A DNA stretch of 63,032 nucleotides, filler included, from Gonapodya sp. JEL0774 (Eukaryota), in assembly GCA_027604505.1 (NCBI GenBank). It is 17 parts of 17 records of this genome, joined end to end, with 100 filler letters (N's around TTAATTAATTAA, not from the genome) between each part and the next. Parts side by side here need not be neighbours in the genome. Positions count along the whole stretch, not along the records: positions 26,040 to 29,652 come from JADIIX010001220.1; positions 29,753 to 33,364 come from JADIIX010001221.1; positions 33,465 to 37,076 come from JADIIX010001222.1; positions 37,177 to 40,786 come from JADIIX010001223.1; 13 more parts are not named here. The stretch is one strand, 5' to 3'. Both the position numbers and the translations under genes were made by a program. Numbering within the stretch: the stretch's first letter is position 1; the number at the start of each line of letters is the position of its first letter. The notes beneath the pieces were generated by a model. It had not been told where the DNA came from, made no database searches, and saw nothing but the letters and a program-made list of their open reading frames with translations. This document shows, in pieces, positions 26,040 through 39,167 of this stretch.

Positions 26040-29000
26040 GTTCCCGTGACGGTAGCATCAGCTGCAGAAAGTTTTGTCGCGTACAGTGTCCACTGAGCCC
26101 AGTCGGATTGCTCGTACGCCTGTTTCCGTGCCTCCCAGAGTTGATGAGCTTGCAGAGAGAGCAGACTACCATCCTTTTTGGGCTCTGGAACATTGAATGC
26201 CGGCATCTTGGTGGGCATCTTGGGTGTTCTCTTGAGCAAGATCTCTTCCATGTTATGCTGAGATGCACCTGGAGCGATCGGGACTTGATCAAACCTGTAC
26301 ATGTGCGCCTTGGCTGCGAGCGATGATTCGGGCGCGACTGATTCGGCCTTTGAACGGGATATGTCGGGGATGGTGATGCTCGAGGTCCACTCGCGACCAG
26401 GAAAAACCACACACGGTGGGATTTTGGGTTTCGCAGCCTTCTTGGGAGGTGGTTTGGGTTTCGGTGGAGGAGGAGCGGCATTCGGATCGCGGGGAGCGAC
26501 CTTTTTGAGCTTCACGCCGCCTCTGATGGGTGGAATCCGTTGTGAAATGAACGATTAATTTGCATGAACCCAGAAACCGGGGATTAATAGAGGCCGTTCC
26601 AACGTCACCACTCACTTGATTTTAGCCATCAACTCGGCTTGCATGTCCGCAGCGCTCAAGGCAGGTTTCGCTGGGGCCGCAGGAGCGGCAGTTGGAGCAG
26701 CGGGAGGTGGAGGCGCACCAGGCGGTCCGGGCGGCGGTGGTGGTGGGGGAGGGCCACCAGCGAGCGGCGGAGGCGGGGGAGCTGGGGGAGGACCTCCAGT
26801 TGCAACTGGCGGAGGCGGGGGAGGTGGGGGAGGACCTCCAGGGATTGGGGGTGGCGGCGGTGGTGGTGGGGGACCTCCACCAACAACTGGCGGTGGTGGG
26901 GGCGGTGGTGGAGGTCCACCAGCGATAGGCGGTGGTGGTGGTGGTGGCGGTGGGCCTCCAACCGCAACAGGTGGTGGTGGGGGTGGAGGCGGAGGACCTC
27001 CAGCAACCGGTGGCGGTGGTGGTGGAGGAGGCGGACCTCCGCCAACGACTGGCGGAGGCGGAGGTGGGGGAGGAGGGCCACCACCGATGGGTGGGGGCGG
27101 TGGTGGGGGGGGAGGGCCTCCAGCCACGACCGGCGGGGGTGGAGGTGGGGGGGGGGGACCTCCTGCGATGGGTGGAGGTGGGGGTGGAACAGGGGGACCA
27201 CCGCTTGGCCCAGCCACTGGTGGTGCTTTCGTCACCGGCAAGGCTGGCTTTTCCTCCTCGGCCTCGCCGTCCATCACCCTCCATCCTTCCACCCACCCTC
27301 GCTTGATCATGGAGTACACAAACCCTCGGGCCGTCGCGGTGGCCTTGGTGAGCTTCTCGACCAACTCGTCCAGATTACCCTCTGGCGCTTCCATGTACTC
27401 GAGCAAGCTGAAGAAAAGCGCCTGGCGTTCTTCGAGTGCTTGCTGCGCGGCTTCTTCGGGGGACGGTCCTGGTTTCGCGACGGGAGCGGCAGCCGTTGTG
27501 GGAGGGGCGACTTTGCGCAAACGACCTTTACCTCCCTCACTGGTGGACACAAAGATAACAAGGTCGATAAGTTCGGTAGGGGAGATCAGAAGAACCTGCG
27601 TGAGGTGTGCACATGCCCGAGGTGGCAGAGATACAAAACTTACCGAATCAATCGCATCATTTCCGCCTGTGCGTCAGCAGCACTCATTTTAGAAGGTGGT
27701 GCCGACGAGCTTGGTGGCGGTGGTGGTGCTCCGGGAGGACCGGTAGATGGTGGAGGGACCGGCGGTGGGGGAGGCCCAGGCGGTGCGGTGGGAATACCGT
27801 CGGCGCCAGGAATGGGCGGGGGAGGAGGAGGAGGTGGTGGTGGCCCACCGGCGATCACGGGAGGGGGTGGTGGTGGCGGCGGCGGAGGAGGACCACCGGC
27901 CTGGGCAGGCGGGGGCGGTGGAGGTGGAGGCGGAGGCGGAGGACCCGGGATACTTTCCACAGTGACAACAGGCGGCGGTGGAGGGGGGCTGGGTATCGAC
28001 TCGGGCTGGACCGGTGGTGGTGGGGGTGGTGGTGAGGGTATCGGTACCACAGACACCACAGGAGCAGCGGCATCCGACGGCGACGGGCTCGCGTCACGTC
28101 TCCGGGACGATATACGGGAGGGTGGGCGTCGGACGAGACCAGGTAGAGGTGCCGGGGTCGGTGATGATGGTTCTGCTACCTTTGCTGGGGGATCTGGTTC
28201 CACAGAGACCACCATCGTAGGCGCAGGTGGGGTCTCCGACGGTTCCGAAACAGGAAACTGGGGATGGGGTCTCAGGCTTGACTTCCTCGGGGAGAGCGGA
28301 GGCGGCGTAAGGGGAGGCGGCGTGAGTGGTGACGACTCTGATGCTTTCTCGTCTACCGAGTCAGAGTATCCACCGGCTGCAACCGCATTACGCAGGCTGG
28401 AAGACCGTGCGGGGGCCGAAGATGTGGCAGATGCTTGCGTCATGATGAAAGGGAAACTAGGCGGCCCAGGACTACCGGGTCTCGGGCTGGACGGTGGCGA
28501 GAGAACCTTGCCCTCGGCCTCGAGCTCCCGGTGCGCCTGGTCCGGATCAAACCCATCGTCAAAGTCGTCTTCGATGATGAGCGCCGGATGTGTGCTCAGT
28601 GTTGTCGAACCGCGAGTGGACGCGGCCAGGCTCTCATCGTCTGAGTCGCCCTGAGCGACCTCGGTGTCCGAGTCCTTGTCGTTTTCGTCCACGTCGATGA
28701 GAACAGTGTCGCCTCCGGCGTCGGTGGCAGTTGTGGCCGTGGAGTCATCGGATCGTATCGAATCGGATGTGGAAGTGCGAGTGAGTTTGCGGGGTGGAGG
28801 TGGGGTTGGGGAGGCAATGCGAACGGATGGTTCTCCAGGCGCTGTAGGAGATGTGGTGGTGACCGTCTGCCACAGATAGTATCAGGGTATTAGTACATGA
28901 TAGTCACAAAGAGCTCGCCCACGCGACGCGTAGGACGCCACAGTGAAACGTAACGTATCGGCTTTGAACCCACCTTTGGGTCACCATTAGCAGCAGAATT

Positions 29001-29652
29001 CTCGTGCTCCTCGAGTGCAGCATCCCACCAGTGCCTTTGGGCGGGAACTTTTCTGGGTGCGCGGATTGTGACCATAACTGAACGGGTTCTGTCGCCGAGA
29101 ATGTTGAGATCCCTTCTGAATGTCTGACCTCGTGTCGCCGAAGACCGCGAGAGGGGAACGAATGGACGCCGCACCGACGAGGTTTGCGATGACGTCAGCC
29201 CGGCAGAATCTGCGGTTTCACTATCGGATTCGATCGGATGCGGCGAGCGGTCACGCGGAATGGACAAAGTCGGTGACGCGGGTCGCTCTGCAAACGAGAC
29301 CGAGTGCCCGTTTCCGCCTTCGGCCGACGCCGCAGCCATACGGCGTTCACTGGGAAGAAATCGACGACGGGAAAGAGCCATTTCCAAAGAGTGTCCGGGT
29401 ATTTATGATCCCAGGTGTTTGGGTGTCTTGTCGATGCCGGATACGATATATCAACCGACCGAGCTAGAAGAACCAGGGAGTAACCGATTATACATAAGCC
29501 ATACGGTTAACATAATGTGTCGCTCTTCTTCAACTCACCTCGGATTCGCGATTCCTGGTGTCCTTCGGTCCTCGCGGCTTATGGCTGCTCTTTCTACCAC
29601 TGGTCCCGTTCCCGTGCGATAAACGCCTTATCGCCCCGCTCTCGACCACACG
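26040..29652 (-). CDS. Polyproline (FH1-like) protein with two WH2 motifs, multi-exon, partial at both ends
   Basis: Many GGP9-type repeats. Spliced WH2 motifs AEMMRLIR|EGGKGRLRKV (intron 27540-27643) and AELMAKIK|GGVKLKKV (intron 26523-26615). Confidence 0.8.
26720..27200 (-). repeat. About 12 tandem 39-42-bp coding repeats of (V/I)xGGPPPPPPPPP
   Basis: Visible directly in ORF 26612..27550. Confidence 0.9.
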
Positions 29653-29752
29653 NNNNNNNNNNNNNNNNNNNNNNNNNNNNNNNNNNNNNNNNNNNNTTAA
29701 TTAATTAANNNNNNNNNNNNNNNNNNNNNNNNNNNNNNNNNNNNNNNNNNNN

Positions 29753-30076
29753 TTGCTCACTATAATGCACTTCTTATATCCAGATGCCGACCCAAAACAA
29801 ACTACCACGTACTTTTCCATTCACACAACGATTGCTCTCCCCCAGCTGATCATCATGGAGCGAGAACTACTCCTTGCCATGGACCACTCTCTTAACATCA
29901 CTTCTGCCGAGTGGATATCGTGGACCGCAGAAGCACGACAAGTTATGGAGAGCAGGGGTTGGGAAGATGAAGATGAAATGGACATGAGAGATGGGTTGAA
30001 GATGAGGAGGGGATTGGGCGAGTGGTGGAGGACGGAACTGGAGGGCGCTGGCTCATGGGGAGCGGACATTGTATGA
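29753..30076 (+). CDS. Cyclin-box (Pcl/Pho80-like) protein, 3' end
   Basis: IALPQLIIMERELLLAMDHSLNITSAEW matches the end of a cyclin box (L..MER.LL..L.W.L.V). Confidence 0.6.
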   Translation: MLTIMHFLYPDADPKQTTTYFSIHTTIALPQLIIMERELLLAMDHSLNITSAEWISWTAEARQVMESRGWEDEDEMDMRDGLKMRRGLGEWWRTELEGAGSWGADIV

Positions 30077-32817
30077 GAATCCACCCAGAAGATCAGAGGG
30101 ATTCGGGAGGTTGGCCAACAGGGCCAGTTTCTTCCACTAATTTTTGATGGAGGTGGACTTGAGCGAACCCATTTTGGTGTTTCGTCAAGTTCTATCGTCA
30201 ACGGTGTGGTTGGCCTGGATCTTCAAGACTTCCAAATATTGCCCTTGGATTTTCTATTATCAAGCTGACATAACGACAACGACATATGTGAGGCAGTACC
30301 GCGTTACCTTTGCATTTCGGCAACAGCGAGAATTCGTTTTGGAAGTGAGGGAGTGACGTCGTGCGGGAAGTGTGAAATTACCAGAAAAATCCTGATAGCA
30401 CACATGTAAAACCACTGTAATATCCAGTAACAAGAACAGTGCGTCTTTTGGATCTGACAAAAGGTTTGGGTAAGTGTTTGGTATGTATGTGTACTTATTT
30501 TTCTGTTTGTTGTGTGGGTTGTACTTTCTCGCGCTGTCCTCAAGCTCTCGTTGAACTCCGCGTATTTATTATTCCCAGCATAAGTTACATTAGTAGATTT
30601 ACTTGTAAGAACGCATAGAAAATAAAGTCTCATCAGCACAAGTTTATAATCAATCAGTAAGTCAGGCCCGAAGACACCACCACAGGTGCCGACGGGTTGG
30701 ATGAGGTAACGGTTATAAGATGCGTTGTTGCGCGTTTCTTGAAGAGCCAACATCTCTAAAGAGTGTGAGTCTCGGATTACGAGGAGAAAAGAGTACAAAG
30801 ATTGTGCTTGGAGTCCACCGGCCAAGTTCTGAATCGAAGTTCGCCGAATCAACACATGGTCGAGAACACCGATATCCCAAGCCTCTGTGCTTTTTGGAAC
30901 TTAGACGCGTACCTTGACGAGTCTCTTGGCCCAGGTTTTACGCGAGCACTTTCACAACAGAAAGAATTCACTTTTCAAACGGGGTTCTGGAAGAGCCAGA
31001 CTGATGATATTAGGAACGCAAGACGCACACTCCGCGAATTCCACGAGAACAACGAACGAAGTACGAAGGTTGGCCCCCAAAGACGTGACAGAAGGGATTT
31101 ATGCGCACCTTGGGGAATCAAGAACGGGATGGATCACATGCTTAGAGAGGCTCATTATGAGTCTGGTCGCGGCGTACTGAGGGTTAACCCTTCGACATAG
31201 GGAAGAGTTGCGCATTGGGTTCTCATGAGGACTGCCCAAGGCGGGTCAGGATAGAATATCTAGTTACAGACTCGTCTTTTTCCTGTCCCTCCAGTAAATC
31301 AGATGACACGTGGTTCTCTTGAAGCGCTCCTTTTATGCTGGTGCTGGTGATAATTCGCCCGCGAGCACTCGGAAAAGGTGCTGAGTTCCGTTCGGGCCTC
31401 TTTAAGCGCTGCTGTGTGCTCTTGGAGCCCAGTAATCGATATGTTATGTACCGCTAAGAAGAGTTGCGCTGGCCCTGGACTTCTCCACGCTTTCCTGTCA
31501 GTACTCCGTCTCAATTCGTGCGTTCTATACTCAGTAGTCCACCTCGAGCGTTCCTGCCAGGGAGCACAGGTCCGGCAAAGACAGGGGGCGCAAGCAAGCT
31601 CAAGATTTCCGAATGAGAAATAGAATGTGGCAGGCTAAATCAGAAAGAGTTTGCTAAGGAGGTGCTGGATGGGGGCAAGTGAACTTGCAGTGAATGCCCA
31701 GCTGCATCAGCAGCTCCTGATGGTGTAAAGAGAAGACCCTGGAAGCAAACCAAGAACGATCGTGGACTTGCAAGTGGCTTGGGGCAGAGCGGAACACTAC
31801 GGTACTATGTGCTGTCGCGGAAGTCGACGATTTTGAACCGTTCTCAGGTCCGGGAAGACATGCCCATGATTGCGGAATGTCTCGAGTGAGGGACTGTCGC
31901 TATACTGGAGGGCGGCGGCCCCATCTTTGGAATGTTGCAATGGAAGCGAAGGAAGGCTTCCGGCTAAATGCAACCACCGCCCACATCAACACCACCAATT
32001 TCCTCCTCCACAATGAACAATGGCTTGAAATTATTTGAGTGGAACTTCCCCTGATAAAATGAACCCCATCATGGGACCCAGCTTCGGCAGTTGTTACGTA
32101 GACGCCAGAGCGGTCCTGGCTAGATCAATCTCATATGCTTTAACGTACTTGTCAAAATTTGTTTGTCGTGGTTGGAGCTGAAGGAGGCTTGCCTAGAGGT
32201 GGGCGTTATGGAGTTCTGCTTTTTCTGGCCTATGCACTGACACTACTGAGTCGCGCTCTCCTCTTTTGAACCAGAATCCCAAACGACCCACCGCCGTCGC
32301 CTTTCCACCGTTACTCCGCTCGTTGAGCGCCAAGGAAGCTGAAGTGTGTGCCTGGCGAGCCCCCGCTTTCTGAGAGCGTTGCTGGCTTTGACTGTTGACT
32401 GTTTCCGCTTCTTGGCTGCACCAGTTCCTGGCAACGTCAGACGGGACTGTCTCTCTCATAAGAGTCTTCGGTTTTTACCCCTTCAAAGACACTGGAGGTC
32501 CAGTTGAGGGAGTCTGCGACCTGAACGGACGATAGGACGGGGAGGCGGATGCTGCGCGGTGGCACGAGGCAGTCCCAAACCCCCAACTGACAGCAAGAAC
32601 ATTACCAGGAGCGGGAACTGAGTTTCGATAGTAGCAACGGTAACAGCAAAGCACAGACGGCGACTGTGAGGACGTTGCCTTGGTCACTCTTGCACTGGTG
32701 AGACCTTGAAGGATTATCGCACGCACAGGTCCTGTGACATGTCTTCACCTTTGAAACCCACCTCCCATACGAACTCAGTACTTCGACATTAATAGCTATT
32801 TTCGCATTCTTGAAGAC

Positions 32818-33364
32818 ATGTCGGTCTCTCTGGACCAACGGAACGTCAACCCCGTTGCCCTCCCACCATCACCATCCAGCATCTCCCGAAAGCCTCTTAC
32901 AAACGGTACCCGTGGGCCCCAATCAATCTCCACGATAATGGATGCAGTGCCTTCTGGTGTTTCCAAAACGACCGCCACCTCCTCAGTGGCACAGTCCCAA
33001 ATTCGATCTAAACTAACACCATCGACTTCTGCATCCTCCTCGAAATTAGCGCAACCAGTTAAATCTGCGCAAGATCGATCCGCAGTCTCATCTTCGGCAG
33101 GGTCGAAGAGGAAAAGTGAAGGGAATGGTGATAGGGACAGGAGTAAGCCTAATGGGCAAGGGACTGCAAGAGGAAACGTGAGTCGACAGTCCTCAGTTGC
33201 CCTATTAGATTCCAAGCTGCATTTTTGATCGTGCTTCACTTCGTGGTGGTATTGACGGACCATTTGACGCCTTCCGTTTGGTACGCTCGACCACCGGCAG
33301 ACGTCGTTATCTCACAAGAAGCGCAAAACCCCAACTACCACTCCCACCGCGTCATCCTCCTCGT
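32818..33364 (+). CDS. Ser/Thr/Lys-rich N-terminus of an unknown gene, 3'-truncated
   Basis: Open ORF with a GTGAGT donor at ~33178 and a CAG acceptor at ~33300 that keeps the frame; NLS-like KRK. Confidence 0.45.
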
Positions 33365-33464
33365 NNNNNNNNNNNNNNNNNNNNNNNNNNNNNNNNNNNN
33401 NNNNNNNNTTAATTAATTAANNNNNNNNNNNNNNNNNNNNNNNNNNNNNNNNNNNNNNNNNNNN

Positions 33465-36400
33465 GGGATGTAACCAAACGGTGGTGGTGGAGGCGGTGGT
33501 GGAGGCGGAATACTGGATTGGAAATCGTGTGGAACATATCCAGGGGGTGGTGGTGGGGGAGGTGGAGCTGGTGGAACGCTCAACGCTGGGGACTCCGTTT
33601 GTGTAGTGTATCCGATCGGGGGTGGTGGTGGTGGTGGGGCTGGCGGAATGTTGGAATTCACCACGTCGACCTGACTGGAATAACCGACCGGCGGAGGGGG
33701 TGGCGGTGGAGCTGGGGGAATGTTAGGGTTCGCCTCCTCTGCGATGTACCCAGCAGGTGCAGGTGGCGGAGGGGGTGGTGGTGGAATATTTGACGGGACT
33801 TGGACAATGAGTGGACCGGACGTAGATACGGGAACTTCGTTTTCCACAGGAATCGGTACAACTGTGACTTTCCCGACTTCGCCCGTTGGTTGATGAACAA
33901 CATCCGAAGACCCTGAGCTGGAGGATTTCAATTTGCGTTTCTGGAGCTTATTTGGGTTTGCTCCCAGGAATCGAGATTTCGATGGGGATGCTTTCGCCGC
34001 GGAAGACACAGACTGGTCCGAACTAAGATCTGGAGATGAAGTGGGAATCGGTGCAACTAAACTGAGTCTCCGCACTGGAGCGTTCGCGGTTCCGGAGGAC
34101 TCAGGATCGCTGTCTTTGGGTTTGTTTCTGTCCTGCAGACCTGCAACAAAACCCGCAGTCTTGCGCCGACTCGCTAGTTCCTTGGCATAGCTGATGTACT
34201 CGTGACGAACAATTTCGTAGAACGACGAGTTGAGTAAGCTATTGACGAGAAACTCGTGAGCTTCGTGGATGTTGTTATTCGTGCGCTGCAGTGCAAAGTC
34301 AGCTGGAAATCCAGCGCATCATTTGTCAGCATGCAACATCGGCGGTGTGCAAGAAACCGATCGCAAACTTACCACACAACCCCAGCACATTGAACTGTGT
34401 CTCCACGACCTCGCGCAACAGCTTATTTGGTCTCACTTTATGATAGCGCACCAATTTGGTCAAGCACTTGTGCGCCGAATCGTCCAAGAACTCTGCGTAG
34501 CTCCCGTCCTCATCCACCGTATCCCACTCTTTCAGTAGCAATTCACCTCCCGCAACCCCGCTTATTCTCTTCCGGCCGATCGACCTCTCCGCACTCGATA
34601 CCGACAACCTCGGACTGGACCTGCCCTCGCTGGTCGGTGGTGTGGACGACTCCGACCTGCTATCATCGTGGTGGGTCGCCGGAATCGCAGCAAGAGCGTC
34701 TAGTTGCTCCATATTCACCGATGTGTCGTTCTTGCCCGAAGCCGATGACATGAGCAGATCGATGTGCAAAGTCTTGCCAAACTTGTCAAGCACATCGGAG
34801 GCTGTGCGGGCACCATACAAGTCCAGATAGCCGTTCGGATGAAGGTAGATGCGCACCGCTCCAGATTGCATGAATGCCGTATGAAATCCAAACGACATGA
34901 CGGGGGTCTTTGTGGGTCCCGCAACCGTACGACCGTGGTGAAGAACCTTGATGAAGACGTCCTTGTCCAAAATAACGGCCTTTCGCGGATGGAATGCGAT
35001 GTAATCTTCCACCATCGTCACGTCAGAGAAAGTGTCGGTTCTTCTTCCACCCTGCGCAACCAGATCTGAGGCTCGGGAGAGCAACGGGTCCGGTGGAATA
35101 TTATGATCACCACCCTCACCATCACCTGCCTGGGCAGCTGCCGCAACAATGGATTTTGGGGCTGCTACTCGACCTCGGCGTAATAAAGACGGACCCCTCC
35201 GTGCGGAAGGTCCCGGAGAAAGTCCACCATTGGGACTGCCCTCTTCACCATCATCGCCGTGCATCCCGTCGGCCACAAATCCACCACCACTGCGACTTCT
35301 CGGGAGCCCAGTTCTGGGCAAGACTCGTCGTGAACCGATTGCCGGTGTTGCTGGTATCTCCCCAGCGTCCACATCCGCTGCGTCCCCGTCGTCCTTATCA
35401 CCCTGGGTCCGCATCCTCCCAGTAACGGACGAGATGTTTCGACGAGAGCCAGGAGGGCCCGGCGTCAATCCGAGCACACCGGCCTGTGGGGATCCAGGCG
35501 GTGACTGAGCGGTGCCGAGAGTTCCTGTGCGGCCACCTTTCCCACCAACCGCTCCACCGGAGGTTCCTAAATCCGCCACCACGCTCGAGTAAACGCATTT
35601 GCCCTTCACCCACACCTCAAATCCAGGATTGATCCTCGAGTTCGAATCACTTCCTGGTGCAGTCGGCACCCCGTGAACCACCACCCGATGCAAACGAAGT
35701 CTGCCGGGGTTGGGCACCTTGCCCTCAGCATCCACAACTCGGTCGAAATATTCAACGTAGCGGCGGTATGAGGGGAGCAAGGGATCGTGCGGTGATATTG
35801 CGGACGGTGTGGAGAGGGACGGGTCCTTGCCGCCCCCAGAGAAGAACCGTCGCCAGCTATCCGAGAGTCCCTGTGCGCCGTCACTCTTTCCACGGCCAAC
35901 TCTTCGCTCGAGTACGTATTCCAGAGCATCCGCGGCTGTAGGGAAAGCCTTCGCGAATCGGAGATAACACGCCACGGCGACGTGGGATCTGTGTCCGCCG
36001 GGTCCACAATGTACCACCGCCACGTTTCTCGAGTCCGAAGAGAGCCATGCTCTCATCGATCGACTTATATCAAAGAGAAGGCGGAGAGAGGGTGGTGGGA
36101 TGTCGGGCGGTGTGGACGAATTGGAGGCAGCAGATTTGAAAGGGGTGGGAGGAGGGCCCGAAGAGGTCTGTGGGAAGAGTGCCGCCAGAGTAGGGAAGGA
36201 TACGACTTGGTTGTTCAAGGCGGCTGGGTCGTAGGGTGCATCACCTAAACCAATTCGGTAAAAAGTCAACACAACACGGGGACGCAAGCAAGGAGAGCCA
36301 CCACACCGGACAACATTAGTAGGCACGAACCTGCCAGGTCCCATACCATCCACTTATCACCCCACTTTGCGTCCATGAACCTCTTGAGCTCGTCCACATT

Positions 36401-37076
36401 GTTCCGCCGCATGGGTCTGCTTGTTCGTGCCCGCCAGGGTGCACCGACGATGACAATACGGTCCGTGATCCGAGTGACGTCAAGGGAGGCCGCCATGGCG
36501 GCGGTTGGGTCGAGTGGGAGGCCATGGAGCTTTTCGTTCTTGTGGATCGGGGATGAGAAGGTAAGTGGATGGGGTACGTAGCGGGTCTCTGCGCTCGCGG
36601 ATGCATCCGAATACTCACTTCCCGGCGGTTGAAATAGCTGTGTCCGTAAATCTTCCTCTCCGGATCATGTTCACCACCTTCAACCGCGTCCTCTGCCCCG
36701 TGCAAGCCTTCCCGGAGGTCGTCCTCGGGAAACACCGGATCCGATGATAATAAGTGCACTCCCAGCTTCTCAAACGCATAAGCGGAGGCGGGGTTCGATG
36801 TGGTTAGCGGTCGTTTGGTGGGAGTCGGGACGACGACGGTCGTGGGCGAGGTCGGAGCGGAAGTGGGAGGGGAATCGCCAGGAGGGGAGGAGGCGGGCGC
36901 GACAGAAGAAGACGAATTGTTGAGTGGCGTTGTGGGTTTGGATGTGGGTGAGGAGACTGGGACGAGCCAGGAGTCCGGACCATCTACGAACACGGGTACC
37001 GTTGTCAAGAACAGAAAGGACCGGCGTGGAGTCTGGCACTCACCGTCTGCCGTGTCAGCACGAGAAGACGCCAAAA
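33465..37076 (-). CDS. PTEN-like phosphatase, C2, UBA-like and polyproline (FH1-like) protein; probable PTEN-type formin, partial
   Basis: LDVTRITDRIVIVG, RNNVDELKRFMDAK, NVAVVHCGPGGHRS, PSYRRYVEYF, LRLHRVVVHGVP, FGFHTAF, ALQRTNNNIHEAHEFL, then IPPAPPPPPPPxGY repeats. Confidence 0.85.
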
Positions 37077-37176
37077 NNNNNNNNNNNNNNNNNNNNNNNN
37101 NNNNNNNNNNNNNNNNNNNNTTAATTAATTAANNNNNNNNNNNNNNNNNNNNNNNNNNNNNNNNNNNNNNNNNNNN

Positions 37177-37231
37177 GGTTTCAAAGTTGACTGAAATCGA
37201 ATTATAATACGCACATTCTCGGCGACTTAAA
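37177..37231 (+). repeat. Left terminal inverted repeat
   Basis: GGTTTCAAAGTTGACTGAAATCGAATTATAATACGCACATTCTCGGCGACTTAAA is the exact reverse complement of 40728-40782. Confidence 0.95.
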
Positions 37232-37527
37232 ACCGTCTCCCAGCACATTAATGGAGGGAGAAAATGTGCATTTAAGATTTAAGGAGCTCCAGAGCTCCTT
37301 ATTCTCAATTATCTTGCAAGAATTATCTGAACGGACAAACTATATGACAAATGACAATCACCACGCAACAACCACAACCGATTAGTAGGCCAGAAACGAG
37401 CCCACAAACGAAGGCCACATAAGTCCAGATATGATAATCTCAGCATGCTCACTTCATGTTTCTCCGTTCATGAAGGAACCTCGAACTACTGGCATTGACG
37501 CGTGCTGACCATCCACCACCGGCATTA

Positions 37528-38890
37528 ATGCCACCAAAAGCAGTAACCGCCAAACCGTTGGTACCACCAACGTCGCGCAAACGTGCAGCGACAGATAGCG
37601 CGGAAATGCCGCGTAAGAACTATCAGTGGACGAGTGACAAGGAGGAGCTGATGGTGAACTGGTACGTTTGCTGTTGTAATACATGTGATAGCAGGAGCTT
37701 GCAGTTGACCTGGGATCTGTCGTTTTCACGCTCTTCAGGCTTCTGGAGCTCGAGAATAGCAGCCTTCTTCTCAACGACACCCGTAAGGTTGCATACCGCA
37801 AACTAATCATCGACACGGGTCTCGATTGCACAGTCAAGCAGGCCGAAAACAAAATGGCAGCAATGCATAAAAGATACCGCGAGGTTCGAGCTCTGGTCAA
37901 CAGCACTGGATTTGGTGTGGACACAGATGGATCAAAATTTGAAGGTGAAATGTGTGAGTTGCAACTGTGTTGGTGCCATCGAGTTGGACGATATGAACAT
38001 TCATCTAACAATTGATTTGCAGTTGACGATCTAGTTTGCGAGGAGTGGCGTTGGTACTTCGAATGGGATGAGGTCTTTGGACATCGTGCCAACATTCAGC
38101 CAGCTGCCATATCAGAGCAGGGAATCGTTGTCGCGTCTGGCCAAGACACCCCGAGCGGAGATACCACGACACCGGATGCTATTGAGCCTGCCGATGGGTT
38201 TCTCAACACTGATGCGGACAAGGAGAACTCCCCTGTCGGTGCAGGTGCAGGTGGAGGGGCCATTCTGCCACCATCTAAAAGTGAGTCACAACTGAATTTG
38301 AGGCTGACTCCTATCATTTGTTGAACTTTCTTTCCTACTTTGGTACTTCTTTAGAGCTAAAGACTGCCCCACGTCCAGCAGCTCCTGCCATGACACTGCA
38401 ACCGTCTGGCAATAAGGCACCAACAGTCTTCAACCCCATGAAGTCAAAGTCTGGAAACCAACTCTCTGCTGTCATTGCCAAGAGACTCGATCTGTCAGGG
38501 GAACTGAGCCTTAGGAAGCAGGATTCCATTGACGCTCGGCTACAACTCGATGCTCGCAAGCACACATTCGAGGAAATGAAAGTCCAGATTGAGCGCGAGA
38601 AGTTCCTTGGGGATCAGGAGCTCAGCCGGGAGAGGCTCAAGCTTCAAACTAGGTTAGCAGAAATTGAGTACCTCCGCCTACAAGCATCAGTTCAAGGCCA
38701 CCAAGTCCCCCCAGCACTGGCCCCGCTGCAGTTTGATGCTCCAGCAGCCCCTGTTCCTACAGCTCAGCACCTGGGTTCAGCTCCTACTTTTCAACATGAC
38801 AATCCCCCTACCTACGCTTGCGGCCCCGATGGTGTTTGGGATGGATTCTCCACTAACCCACATGACTATGGAATCTATAGACCAGAATGA
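37528..38890 (+). CDS. Harbinger Myb/SANT(MADF)-like DNA-binding protein, about 4 exons
   Basis: YQWTSDKEELMVNW|LLE...KQAENKMAAMHKRYREV...STGFG...WRWYFEWDEVFGHRAN, with a C-terminal coiled coil. Confidence 0.8.
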
Positions 38891-39167
38891 GGTTGGTGCC
38901 AACTCTACGGATTTGATGTAAAGTGGGAATCCAAATAACCAAGATTTTTGTTCCTCCCTTTATTCAGTCAAGTTTGTGATCAGGAGAGTGCATAAATCCT
39001 TCGCTGTTGAGTGTTCGCAAAAGATGTAGACAGTAGCAAAGTTGAGCTTTTAGCGTGCTTGTTCTTGTAGATGTTTACTCATTTTGTAGTGGACAAGTAC
39101 TTATATGATTGACGACCTCGTCATGAAACAGCTCTATTACCCATACTATGAAAGTCCTGACTATGTC

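Noticed and set aside
26616..28654. Long Gly-rich and Arg/Trp-rich plus-strand ORFs (358 and 671 aa)
   Set aside because: They are antisense or alternate-frame shadows of the minus-strand polyproline gene.
26040..37076. Idea that the WH2 gene and the PTEN gene are halves of one formin
   Set aside because: They are on different contigs ordered only by length, and their polyproline repeat units differ.
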